Below, one piece after another: positions 23,474 through 36,419 of a DNA stretch of 64,000 bases. Origin of the DNA: Octopus vulgaris (lineage: Eukaryota); assembly GCA_951406725.2 (NCBI GenBank), contig OX597822.1, forward strand, positions 87,854,001-87,918,000, in the 5' to 3' direction. The notes under the pieces were generated by a model. The model was not told the origin of the DNA. It did not search any database and saw nothing but the letters and a program-made list of their open reading frames with translations. Position numbers and translations under genes: made by a program. Position 1 is the stretch's first letter. Every line of letters starts with the position of its first letter.

Positions 23474-23966
23474 TGTATGTATGTATGTATGTATGTGTGT
23501 GTGTATGTATGTATGTATGTACGGCTCAGTGGTTACCGATGATGCTGACTTGTTCTTCTTTTCGGATTATGGCTACTGTTGCTTAGTGAGTGGGATTGAC
23601 TCAGTGCACAGCCTTTCCTCACTTTAAAAAAATCTTCTTGCACAGGCATTGCACGATAACAACATTGAATAAGCTTCGTGCAATGGCCATACTCGATAAC
23701 GAGGGGGCAGCCACCATGTATGTATGTATGAATGTATGTATGTATGTATGTATGCATGCATACATAAAAACATACGTTCATATATACACACACACTGGGT
23801 GTTCGGTTAAATTTTTATGTCTCCTTTTTTCAGGAACAGCTTCATGTCAATGGCATTGGAGAACATAAAAATTAAAGTTGTAGTTGAGAAAAAGTCGGTT
23901 GACATAGAGGACTGGAAGCCATTTGAATATTGGAAAAAAGTTACTTGTGGTTGGAGAGCATGCTTC

Positions 23967-24383
23967 TTATTTCTTTATTGCCCACTAGGGGCTAAACACA
24001 GAAGGGACAAACAAGGACAGACAAAAGGATTAAGTCGATTAGATGATCCCCAGTGTGTAACTGGTACTTAATTTATCAACCCTGAAAGGATGAAAGGCAA
24101 AGTCGACCTCGGCGGAATTCGAACTCAGAACGTAACGGCAGACGAAATACCTATTTCTTTATTACCCGTAAGGGGCTAAACACAGAGGGGACAAACAAGG
24201 ACAGACAAACGGATGAAGTCGATTATATCGACCCCAGTGCGTAACTGGTACTTAATTTATCGACCCCGAAAGGATGAAAGGCAAAGTGGACCTCGGCGGA
24301 ATTTGAACTCAGAACGTAACGGCAGACGAAATACGGCTACGCATTTCGCCCGGCGTGCTAACGTTTCTGCCAGCTCGCCGCCT
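23967..24383 (-). mobile_element. Nin-domain SINE with tandem second body
   Basis: Reverse complement of the 10093 family. Confidence 0.8.
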
Positions 24384-24542
24384 TCTTACCACACAGCAAC
24401 GCCTGCGCATAGAGAATATATGTAAAATTAAAAAAAACAGTCTCTCTCAATCCACACACACACACACATGTATATATACATTCTTGCATATGCACTCACG
24501 CAGACACACACGCGGCGCTCACATATACACGTACACACACAT

Positions 24543-24773
24543 AAGGCGGCGAGCTGGCAGAAACGTTAGCAGGCCGGGCGAAATGCGTAGCCGTATTTCG
24601 TCTGCCGTTACGTTCTGAGTTCGAATTCCGCCGAATTCCACTTTGCCTTTCATCCTTTAGGGTCGATAAATTAAGTACCAGTTACGCACTGGGGTCGATG
24701 TAATCGACTTAATCCGTTTGTCTGTCCTTGTTTGTCCCCTCTATGTTTAGCCCCTTGTGGGCAGTAAAGAAAT
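24543..24773 (+). mobile_element. Full-length Nin-domain SINE
   Basis: GGCGGCGAGCTGGCAGAAACG...CAGTAAAGAAATA. It sits head-to-head with the previous copy. Confidence 0.85.
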
Positions 24774-25132
24774 ATATACATGTACACACACATTCACACG
24801 CACGCATATAAACTCATCCATATACGCCAACACATGCTTATATATCCTCGCGTACACACGAACGCACATATTCACATACAAACAGCAATATTTTCTCATG
24901 TATATATATACACATGTATACACACAAATGTACGCATACACATGCACAAGCGTTGTTACAGACACAGTCACTCATGCATATACACACATACATGCACACT
25001 CGCACACAAACATACACACGTACACACAATTATAGACAGATATAATGAACTCATTTCCTTTTACAATTTCTGTAACACACACACACATACACACACACAC
25101 ACGTACGTTCCCTACCGCCACAAACACACACG

Positions 25133-25179
<47 letters not shown>

Positions 25180-25892
25180 ACATACACCTTTATATGTTTG
25201 CATAAATGTATATAGGTTACTGGTGTTGTTTAACATCTTTAAGTAGATACTGTGTGACTCAGCAATGTTGTATTACTTGTTTAATGAAATCCAACTGGTA
25301 CGCATACACATACTTTATATACTTATACACATACATACTACACACACACACACACACACAATCGCGCGCGCGTTTAAATTGTGAAACAGTGGGATACATT
25401 TATTACTGCAGACAGACACTGAATTATCACCGCCCACAATGGCTAACTAGGTTTCTATTATTATAATTTCATTGTAGTATAGATAAATACATAGCTATTT
25501 TATTTGTCTTTTGTGGATGGGCAAACGAAGCAGAGGATCGTAATCAACAGAAATGCAACACTTGAGTTTGTAAACCCATCCTAGGAATTTGCACACGCGC
25601 GTGTGTATGCGTGTGTATGCGTGTGCGTGCGTGGATATGTATGCATGTGTATACATATGTAGATATTTATATCTACCTTTATTTATCTATCTTTTTTTCT
25701 CTCTATTCCATTTACATACTTCATAACCTTTTATTCTTCTGAATTTTTGTTGTTTTTTTTTTTTTAATTCCGTAGTACTGGCTCCTCTATTCAGTTCAGT
25801 TACCTTGGAAATACTGGTCTGTCTATCTCTTTCGCTCACGCTTTTCTCATTGTAAATTTACCCCTCCCCCCCCCCCTATACATTTACGGTAC

Positions 25893-26150
25893 TACTTAAG
25901 AAGAGTGGTCCCGGTGCGCGTACTCGCGTACTCGCGCATCCGCGCTAGCTAGTCGTGACTAGTCGATCCTCACTTTGTGTTTTTGTTTTATTTACTTTGT
26001 TTAAAAAAATTATTTACTTTGTGTAAAAAAATTATTCATTTGTTTTTATTTACTTTGCTAGGTAGTCGTTGTAGGATCGACTAGTCACGACTAGCTAGCG
26101 CGGATGCGCGAGTACGCGAGTGCGCGCACCGGGACCACTCTTCTTAAGTA
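25893..26150. mobile_element. MITE with 78-bp CpG-rich TIRs
   Basis: 25893-25970 and 26073-26150 are inverted repeats with one mismatch. Both ends are TA (or TTAA 3 nt inside), and the spacer is T-rich and internally repetitive. Confidence 0.8.
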
Positions 26151-26189
26151 TTTCCTACATTGGATCTTTTCGGTTTGAACGGCAGTTTT

Positions 26190-26435
26190 TAACATCTTTA
26201 TATTTCCCCGGTCACCCCGCAAAGCCATTAAAAAATCAATAGAAGTGATTTTTGGTGAATTTTCTATCCAAAACCCAATCAAAATGCCCGAAACTTGATA
26301 CGCCAATTGAATGCCAGCTAACTGTATGTGATTGATCGGAGATTTGAACAGTTCTCGCGTGTATGTGCGCACGCACGCAGCTGTATATGCATGCACTGGC
26401 ACTATGACCCCGGCAACGCCGGGTCATAGTGCTAG
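26190..26435 (+). mobile_element. Helitron 3' end fragment
   Basis: Hairpin CCCGGCAACGCCGGG followed by TCATAGTG-CTAG|T. A lone Merlin-family TIR sits just upstream at 26162-26195. Confidence 0.65.
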
Positions 26436-26460
26436 TATATATATAATATAATATGTATTG

Positions 26461-26921
26461 AATTAAGAGAAGAAAATGGAGAGTTAGTGGTTAATATTTA
26501 TTTATTAATAAATTGATAATCCTTTCTTCTTACAGCTGTTTCCATTTACGCTCATTGGATAAATTTACAAATTGATGCATTGAATTTGCATTTATAAGTT
26601 ATGAGTAAAATATTATCAGGGAAAAGTTACACATTAAAACATTACATGTTGACCTCTCTGTTCATTCTGGCAGAATAATACATGCATACCATAGGGAATG
26701 TATTAATCGTTCCAGAATGAAGAGATAGGTAAACTTGTAATTTTTTAATGCCTAACTTTTCCCTGATGATATTTTGCTCATAACTTATAAATGCAAATTT
26801 AAAGCATACATTTGTAATTTATCCAATAAGTATTAATTGAAATAGCTATAGGAAGAAATGATTATTAATATATTAATAAATAATTATTAACCACTAACTC
26901 TCTATTTTCTTCTCTTAAATT
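26461..26921. repeat. Inverted pair of ~170-bp hammerhead-containing repeats (inverted Penelope pseudo-LTR-like)
   Basis: Arms at 26461-26629 and 26753-26921. The right arm reads TTTTCC-CTGATGA...GAAA-TAGCTA-TA-GGAAGA. The left arm (minus strand) reads CTGATAA...GAAA-CAGCTG-TA. Confidence 0.65.
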
Positions 26922-27013
26922 AAAATGGATAGTATTCTTAATATATATCTATAGTATAGAACCAATGTCTTCTTGGATGTAATCATCCCATTAAGAGGTT
27001 AATTTATCTTCTC

Positions 27014-27060
<47 letters not shown>

Positions 27061-27772
27061 GTGTGTGTATGTGTGTGTGTGCGTGTGTGTGCGTGTATAT
27101 ATATATATGTAAAATAATGGATTGAAAAACCCTTTTCAATAGAAAAAGTTGAAGGCTGCCCATGGGGCAGTGTTTGTGTGTATTTTACATGTTATGATTT
27201 ATAACTTTTTATGTGCTGCGAAATCCTGTTAACAGAGAGGGAACGTAAGCATGTATGTATGTATGTATGTATGTATGTATGTATGTATGTATGTATGTAT
27301 GTATGTATGTATGTATGTATGTATGTATGTATGTATGTATGTATGTATGTACGTATGTATGTATGTATGTATGTATGTAAAATAAAGAAATAGTATGTAT
27401 GTATGTATGTATGTATGTATGTATGTATGTATGTATGCATGTATTATCATATGTATGGAGTTATAAGTTATGATATATGTATGTAGGCATCTGTGTACGT
27501 GTGTGTGCATGCATGTATGCATGTATGCATACATGCATATTGGAACGCATGTATTTATGCATGACTGCATGTATGTACGCATGCAAGTAAGTATTCATGC
27601 ATGTATGCACGTGTGTATGGATGATTTCCTCCGGAACTACATATTTAAGTTCTTCAAAGCATTCAACCTAATCGCAAAGTAACAAAATTTGTTCTGATTA
27701 AAAGTAATTTAGATTTTCGTGAACACGGGAGTGAGTTAATGCTGCATGTTTGTGGATGTGTATGTTGCAAAT

Positions 27773-27831
<59 letters not shown>

Positions 27832-28001
27832 AATACAAAATGGGACAAGAACGCAAAACATCAGGATAGTTAGGTGATACAAAAATATGACAACAAAACA
27901 TCCAGATAGACGATACAAAGAAATCAAGAACGGGTCATTCGAAGTTTTCTTTCCTCAGTCGAGTACCAGATTATCTTCGCAATTTCGGCTGATTATACTT
28001 G

Positions 28002-28054
<53 letters not shown>

Positions 28055-28400
28055 ATTTAGGAATGGTCATTTTGCCAGTTTAGCCAATAAATCCGGATGT
28101 TCTGCATTCTTATCCCATTTAGTATTTGTGTGTGTGTGTGTGTGTGTATATATATGTATGTATGTATATATATATATATATACATGTATGTATATATGTA
28201 TGTATATATATATATATACATGTATGTATATATGTATGTATGTATGTATGTATGCATGTATGTATGTATGTATGTATGTATGTATGTATGTATGTATGTA
28301 TGTATGTATGTATGTATGTATGTATGTATGTATGCATGTATGTATGTATGTGTGTGTGTCTTGTGTATGTGCGTGCATGTGTGTGTGTGTGTGTGTGCGT
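27014..28400. repeat. Microsatellite cluster: (TAAC)n, (TATG)n, (TA)n, (TG)n
   Basis: Directly visible simple repeats. Confidence 0.9.
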
Positions 28401-28597
28401 GCGTGTATGTATGTATTATTCTAAGAAAAATAAACGAAATGGTCATAGGATGTGGTTTAGACAGCATTTCTATATGATAACCTACTCAGGTGACCACTTG
28501 ACTAATTAACAGTGAATACTGACCATCTACTGCGGAAGTAGATACATGCACTGACACATATAAACAGATACACACGCTCCCACATATCATGTTGGTA

Positions 28598-28635
<38 letters not shown>

Positions 28636-29249
28636 TAAAAACTTACTGTGGACAAGGCTGCGTGGCGTTCGATTATAAATAAATATAAAATACATCAAGT
28701 ACAGGACATCACCAACGAGTGAAAAATACGTAAACACGAGAGACCCCACCAATTTTCCTCATTTTTCAGAAAAAATGCATTGTTTACCTGTGAAATTAAA
28801 TATGAGTGTTTCTTACGGTTTATAAATTATTGCTCCATTTCGTGTGCTTGTTTGAAATTCAGGATTCCTTCAAACCTCGTCTTGTGCCCATTAAGATATT
28901 CACCAGTGGATTCCTGTACAAACCATCGATTGTAAACTATTCCCCTTTGTGAAAGCTGACTAGTCAGCAGTCAGTTGTCATTCCGAAATTTGTACTTTCC
29001 TTTGTGGTATTGCACTTCTTGTATAATTTCTCTCTTTTGAAAAAAGGTACTTGTGCAGGAGAATGTTTGGTGATCTGCGACAAACTAAAAAATTTTCAAT
29101 TTCTTCAAGTTGTGTTATGGTGCAGTTGATGTTATTGAATTGTGATTTTGAGTCCTGGATTATTGTGATGATGATGCTGATTTGATTTTTTGAACTTAAG
29201 TTATGAAAACTTAAGTTGACTTTCTTCTTTTAGTTAAAAACTGGAGCTT

Positions 29250-31162
29250 ATGACTTCAAGAAGAAGTTGCAAAAATGATCCAGATATATTTTGCTACATT
29301 TGTAGTGAATACACTCGTTCAGAAAATCGAAAACTTATCGCTGATTTTGTGAAGCAAGCTTATAACGCCTACTTAAATATGAAATTGGAAGACCAGGATA
29401 AACCATGGGAAGCACATATTGTATGCAAAAGTTATCTTGAAACATTTCGTTCTTGGACTAATAGAAAAAAGCGATAGTTACTTGCTGTACCGAGCGTTTG
29501 GATGGAACCAGTGCTTGTTACTTCTGCAGTGTGTGTCTTTGGTTTTACCAAGAAATCTAGAAAGTCAATAGAGTAACCTCATTTCCACTCAGCACGACGG
29601 CCAATTCCACATAATGAAGAACTTCTTGTGCCAATATTTACAAAACTTCGCGAGCCTGATGAACAATAAGTATTAATCGATCCAGAGGAAGCCACATATG
29701 ATCCGGGTTACTTTGGCACTACCTCATTAGATCGACAGCTTTTTGATAAAAATGTACTTAATGACTTTGTAACTTATCCAAAATATCTGCAGAAGTTCTA
29801 ACGCCTCGATCAAACAAAAAAAAAAAAAACCTTAAAGAAGGTACCAGTCAATAGGGATGCTGAATTTGTTCTCTTCTTCACAGAAAACGATGAGTTAGTG
29901 TATTGCACCAACATTAAGAGGGACTGCTTCGGAAGATGGAATTAGCAGAGTATTATGCATGTGATTGACATTGCTTTATTGATTGCTCGAAAGGAAATTT
30001 GAAATGTTTTCTGTTTTATAATGAAAATACATTGGCTTCTTTTCCAATTACTCACTCTAGAAAACCAGCAGAGAAATATCAAGTTGTGAAAGCCGTGCTA
30101 GAGAAAATTAAATACCAAAATCATCAGTGAATGATATGCGTAGACTTTAAGATGGTCAGTTTTCACCTGGTGCAACAGACTGGATGCACCAAATATCCAT
30201 ACTATTTATGTATGTGGGACAACATGGCAAGGGGAAAACAATGGGTGATCAAAGAATGGCCGCAGCGAGCATTAGTTCCAAGGTCTTTTAATGTGGTTGA
30301 AGAACATTTAGTTCAACTAGGAAAAATCATTTTACTCCCGCTTCATATTAAACTTGGCATTATGAAACAGTTTGTTAAAGCTCTGGTTAAAGATGAACCA
30401 TGCTTTTACTTTTCTGCTGCACATTTCCCGGTCTGATTAGTGAAAAGATAAAAACTGGAGTATTTGATGAGCCTCAGAGCAGAAAATTCATGAAAGTTGG
30501 GAATTTTGTAAATTCAATAAACTGCATTGAAGCAGCAGCATGGAATTTATTTCTAATAGTTGTGAATAGCATTCTGGGCAACAAGAAATGCTGAAATAGT
30601 TGACAATACGGTCGAGAACTTTCAAAAGCCAGAAGTAAATATGAGCATAAAGGTGCACAGTCAGCTTGATAAATTCCCTGAAAATCTTGGAGACACAGGT
30701 GACAAGCCGGGAGAACGTTTCCACCAGGACATAAAATCAATGGAACAAAGGTATCAAGGCAGATAGGACTTGCGTATGATGGCGGACTATTGCTAGAACT
30801 TGCTCGTAATCTTCCTGAGGTTCAGCACTTAAGAAAATAAGCCAAACGCAAATTTATGGGAAAGTAGGCATAAATGAAGTAACTTGTCCGTAGAAATGTT
30901 AAAATTTTTACTAGTTTTTCAGTAAAATTTTAAGAATATATTTTGGTTTTGAAGAAAAACCAATTTCTATGTATATATTTGTGTGTTATGCTTTGTTCCT
31001 CATAAGCTGTTTTATTGAAAAACAATGAAATTCTCTGGATCCAGTGTCTTAAAATATTAACGTGATGGTAATAAATGGATGTTTATTTTCGGATTCTGAA
31101 TATCAAAAAACCCTTAGTTCAAACTTTTTCACAATTAAGAAAAAGTTTTTTGTTGGCCTGTG
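29250..31162 (+). mobile_element. Chapaev3-like (CMC) DNA transposon fossil with disrupted transposase
   Basis: Peptides MTSRRSCKNDPDIFCYICSEY, HIKLGIMKQFVKAL and GERFHQDIKSMEQRYQG..MMADYC, with stops and frameshifts (29250-~30868). The right end is TTTTTGTTGGCCTGTG followed by TTA. The family assignment is from recall. Confidence 0.75.
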
Positions 31163-31459
31163 TTACTTTTCTTATTTGTACGTAAACTTAATTTGCATCT
31201 AAATACAAAACAATTATCTAAATACAATTATCTAAATACAATTATCCAAAAAACGACAAAATCTATCTCCTTTGATCAAGCAAATTCACTGAGTTAAGCA
31301 GCATCTCTAAATAATGGCTTCGAATTTTGGCACAAGGCCAGCAACTTCGGGGGAGGGGGATTTATATTGACCCCAATGCAAATATATGAAAAATTTGTTT
31401 TATTTAATTTTATTTTAAGTTAAAAAAATTTGTACTCATTTCATCATTTTGTACAAGTC

Positions 31460-31615
31460 TCTTTTATCTCTTTTACTTGTTTCAGTCATTTGACTGAGGC
31501 CATGCCGGAACACCACCTTGAAGTGTTTTAGTCGAACAAATCGACTCTGGAACGTTTTTTTAAAGCCCAGCAATATTCTATCGATCATTTTTGCTGAACC
31601 GCTGACGTAAACACA
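31460..31615 (-). mobile_element. OR2-like SINE 3' part
   Basis: TTTTACTTGTTTCAGTCATTTGACTG... is the reverse complement of the OR2-like tail. Confidence 0.65.
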
Positions 31616-32029
31616 CTGAGAAATATGATGCAAGTTAAATATTTCCAGATATTTACCTATGGTGGTAAAAGTATTCTTATATATAAAAGTTTGTTACTCG
31701 TCATTATGATAGTATGTTATAAATATTTTAGCCGGAGACAGCGTTGTTTCTGTCGACTTCTATGACTAATATAGGTCAGTCATTAGCAGCGAACATCAAA
31801 GTATATCATAGCAAACAGGTTTTAATCGGCAATGGAATCTAATTGTCGTCTCGGCTGACCTAGAACCCTCTCTTGCTTCGCAGCACTTGACACCTTACCT
31901 TATAGTGTTATAGTGTTACAGGCTACATGAGAACCAATACGTGATCACCCGACCTGCTAGACATAGCAGTTATTTCTCTAAAATCACACTAAGAGATCTT
32001 AAAGAAATAATAATAATGGGTGATGCACG

Positions 32030-32925
32030 TTCTTAGTTGTTAGTAGTTTTCTTGCCTTCCTGTCCAGGCGTTGGAGCTTCGTAGGATTCCAGTTAACAAT
32101 GTTAAAAACTGTATTGGACAACTGGAAGTGCCAGGGTATTAATGACGTCGATGCGATTTTTCGAGTTGAGTTCAGTTTTCAGTATGAGTCTTATTCTCCT
32201 ATAATACTCCTTTCTTATTTTTTCCTCCACAGTAGCATGTTGTATTCTATCTCCTTCGTTTATTCCCAAGTATTCATAACTTTCTTGTGGTTCAAATTCC
32301 TTGATGATAGCATCGCTATTTAATTTAACGGAAGCTGTTTGTCTGAGCTTGCCTCTTACAGAAGCTGCTTTAGTCCACTCATCCATTCTGATGTCACTGC
32401 TAAACTCTTTAACAGTTGTTAGCAGTCCAACTAGCTCTTGGTCATTTCTAGCGAACAGCTTCAGATCGTCCATATAAAAGAGAAGGTTTATTATAGTGTT
32501 ATAAATTTTGTGTCAATACCTGATGTTATTAACTTCGTTTGAGAGTGGGATCAGTGCCATGTAAGAGTAATGGGATGAGGGAGTTACCTTGAAAGAGGCC
32601 TCGTTTGATGTTGATGTTGTTGGATTGGCTCATCCAATAACAATGATTTAGGAGACGTGTGTTACACTTGGCCATGCTACCTTGTAAGAATTTGGAGCTA
32701 ACAGGAGATAGCTTATATATCTCAAGGGCCTTGAGTAGCCAGTTATGTGGGACACTATCAAACGCTTTCTTGTAGTCTATCCATGCGATACTCAGGTTCT
32801 TCTTTTTGCTCCGGCAATTCTCTACAATCATTTTATTTATAAGTAATTGATCTTTGCTGCACCCATAAGAATGTCTTTTACAACCTTTTTGAGCTTGCTT
32901 CCACACCAAACAGCGTTCTACTTGG
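32030..32925 (-). pseudogene. Reverse transcriptase fragment of a Dong/R4-clade non-LTR retrotransposon
   Basis: Motifs QKGC, KDQLLIN, AWIDYKKAFDSVPH, RGLFQGNSL, FYMDDLKLF, YEYLG and NSKNRIDVINTLALPVVQYSF, with frameshifts. Confidence 0.85.
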
Positions 32926-33002
<77 letters not shown>

Positions 33003-33339
33003 GCACGCACAAACACACTTATATACAGATACAGGTTAACAGGCAGTTCAGAACATTTTTAAAAAGTGAAAGTAAATTGACCAGCAGTGACGTTAGTGAA
33101 ATCCCATTGTTTCATAAAGAGAACATAATGAAATCCCTCAATTTTATTAAGCGAAATCCCTCATTATACCTTCTAGTGATTTCTTAAGTAGTCCAGAAAT
33201 AGCAGCAGAGACACACCGCTCCAATATACTACTCACGGTAACGAACAACACCGCTGAAAAGGCAATTCAGTAGTTTGCATGTCGATGCATGATAGCTAAT
33301 ACAGTTACATTTAACGTAAAACGTCGCCCTTTTCAAGCT

Positions 33340-33622
33340 TAGCCAAGCTCATGGGCCCGGTTTCCCGGTTTCTGTGGCGCATGTCCCCCCACCACCCAGC
33401 TGAACGGGATGCCAGTCCATCGCAGCGTTACTCAAGAAACAGGAAGAGAGAAAGTGAGAGAAAGTTGTGGCGAAAGAGTACAACAGGGATCGCCACCACC
33501 CCTGCCGGAACTTCATGGAGCTTTTAGGTGTTTTCGCTCATATACACACACAACGCCCGGTTTGGGAATCGAAACCGCGATCCTCCGACCGCGAGTCCTA
33601 ACCATGGGCCATTGCGCCTCCA
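33340..33622 (-). mobile_element. OR1-like SINE
   Basis: Reverse complement of the 11822/59993 family. Confidence 0.75.
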
Positions 33623-33745
33623 CACAGTTACATGTAAGCAATGCAATAATCCTGCTTGACTACTGAACTGTACCAGCATCAGCAAACGGAAAGTAGTGGC
33701 GTTGTCCGAATCGATTGACCTATACATTAGTTACATTACTTAGAT

Positions 33746-33949
33746 AACAATTGCAGCGTGGAAGGTGTTTATAAGCCATTTAAGAAACACACAAAACCGC
33801 TAGATTAAATTAAATCTAAATGTTGAAGTGAATCTAACGGTTTTGTGTGTTTCTTGAATGGCTTATAAACACCTTCCACGCTGCAATTGTTTTCGTTCCA
33901 GCACACGATCTCAGATCAAGTCACTCGCTATGCAAGTACATCTCCGTAG
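33746..33949. repeat. Foldback/palindromic element with ~60-bp arms
   Basis: 33746-33806 and 33831-33891 are inverted repeats. The unit is flanked by the direct repeat TTACTTAGATA (33736-46 and 33950-60). Confidence 0.7.
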
Positions 33950-34048
33950 TTACTTAGATAGTTTACACGAAATTATCATTTTTCACTGTCGTCACTTCCG
34001 GTCAATATACTTCCACATTTTAAACTCTTAAACTGCTTGACAATCCAA

Positions 34049-34545
34049 ATACATACATACATACATACATACATACATACATACATACATACATACGTAC
34101 GTACGTACGTACATACGTACGTACGTACATACGTACGTACGTACATACATACATACATACGTACATACATACGTACATACATACATACATACATACATAC
34201 AAACATACATAGATACATACATACATACATACATACATACATACGTACGTACGAACATACATACATACGTACATACATACATAAATACATACATACATGC
34301 ATACATACATACATACATACATACATACATACATACATACATACGTACGTACGAACATACATACGTACATACATACATAAATATATACATACATGCATAC
34401 ATACATACATACATACATACATACATACATACATACATACATACATACATACATACATACATACATACATACATACATGCATAATGAATGTGTGTGTATT
34501 CATATAAGAATATGTGTGTGTGTGTGTTCGCACGCGGGTGCATGC

Positions 34546-34584
<39 letters not shown>

Positions 34585-34655
34585 TGTGTGTGTGTATGTA
34601 TGTATGCATGTATGTATGTATGTATGTATGTATGTATGTATGTATGTATGTGTGT
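34049..34655. repeat. (TACA)n / (TG)n / (TATG)n compound microsatellite
   Basis: Directly visible simple repeats. Confidence 0.95.
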
Positions 34656-34927
34656 AGGAACAGAGGGAGTTTCTGCACGGTTGGTTACTCGACCCGTAAG
34701 AAATAGAAGCAATTCTTCTTCGAAAGACACTCTGCAGCTTTAAATATAGAAAGATATAATATCGGAATCACTTGGGATGATGAATCCCCAGGCGTGAGGG
34801 GGAGGGTCAGATTAGACTGAGTTCAAAACACTGACACATCACCCAACCGGAAACACCGCCGCCACCATCTTCATCACCACCATCTAAGACTACCCCACCA
34901 CCCACCACCTCCTTCCACCACCACCAC

Positions 34928-34991
<64 letters not shown>

Positions 34992-35504
34992 ATAGACACT
35001 TCCACTTAATCATTACTTCTTTTTGACCCGGGCTCAAGATCTGTGACATATGTTAAGAGGTTCTCGTTTCTCTCCCGCAAATCAGGAGCTGTGATTAGGG
35101 TATTCACAGATAGTAGTAGTAGTAGTGGTAGTAGTAGTGGTAGTAGTAGTGGTAGTAGTAGTAGTAACTCATCCTGAAATTAGTCAACAACGATGAGAAA
35201 TTCTCAAGTGAATGTAAAACGGTTTAGCTTAACAACTAACTGGAGAATTTGGTTTGTCTAATTGCACACAATCTGGTCCTTACTTCACCAAATACACACA
35301 TACACACACTCACACACACACCGCACACACCACACACATAAACATGCATAAACACACACATACATATGTATGCATGTATTCAGTTTTATGTATGTATGTA
35401 TGTATGTATGTATGTATGTATGTATGTATGTATGTATGTATGTATGTATGTATGTATGTATGTATGTATGCATGTACATATGTATGTATATATGTATGTA
35501 TGTA

Positions 35505-36255
35505 AGAAAAGAACTCCTGAATTTGTTGGTGAGATCCAGGCCATGATTGACAACAATCCCTCCAAGTCAATCAGGTCCATCACCAAGGACGTGGGGGCGT
35601 CTGAGTTTCTTATCAGGCAGGTAGTGCATGAAGACATTCGGTATTCCTCATACAAGATGAGAAAGGGCCAATTTTTATCCCAAGCCATCAAGGACAAGAG
35701 GAAAGACCGCACTACGAAGCTTTTGAACAAACTCAAGCATCCCCTCCAACCGAACATGCTTTGGTTTTTCTGATATAAGAAAAATTTCTGCCAGGATCAG
35801 ATGGTGAACGCACAGAGCAACCGTTGGCTTGCCGTGTCCCCAAAACATGTACCGAGAGTGATAAAAACCAAACATCCAGTCAACATCATGGTGTTTGGAG
35901 TGATCACTAGTGATGGCAACGTTATGCCGGCATTAATTTTCCCACACGGCCTCAGACTCAACACAGAGGCCTACATCAAGTGCCTGGTAGTACTGCCCTG
36001 GACCAAGAGGGTGGCTGCTCTGGGTCAGGAAAGTGGAAGACCCTATGTCTAGCAATAGGACTCTGCACCTTGCCACACAAGAAGAACCCCGTAATGGCTG
36101 TCAGACAATTTCTGTGAACATAACATCCCCCTAACATCTGGCCACCTAACTCCCCATATTGCAACCACCTTTTGGGGTGCTGTTGAGCGTGAGACCAACA
36201 AAACTCCTTGTAACATCAAAGATAAATTGAAGGCAAGGATTATGGCAGCATACCC
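35505..36255 (+). pseudogene. maT (DD37D)-like Tc1/mariner transposase fragment
   Basis: DNNPSKSIRSITKDVG, KTKHPVNIMVFGVITSDG, Q*DSAPCHT and IWPPNSP, with stops and frameshifts. A small related piece lies at 52681-52790. Confidence 0.8.
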
Positions 36256-36419
36256 CAACGAGATTGTCTTATCTTTTTATGAATTTATTTAATGAAATAT
36301 TTTTATGAAAGCAAGAATAGTATCAGCTCATTGTAAACTTATCAAAATAATGTTTTTCTTATTTTTTTATTCTTAAAAACGTGTTTTATATATCATTAAC
36401 TATGCGTAGATCAATTACC

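Noticed and set aside
27192-28509. Many 60-216 aa ORFs rich in YVCM, HTYI, IY or CV (also at 33976-34743, 37664-38073, 49455-49895 and 50828-51432)
   Set aside because: They are translations of stop-free microsatellites, not genes.
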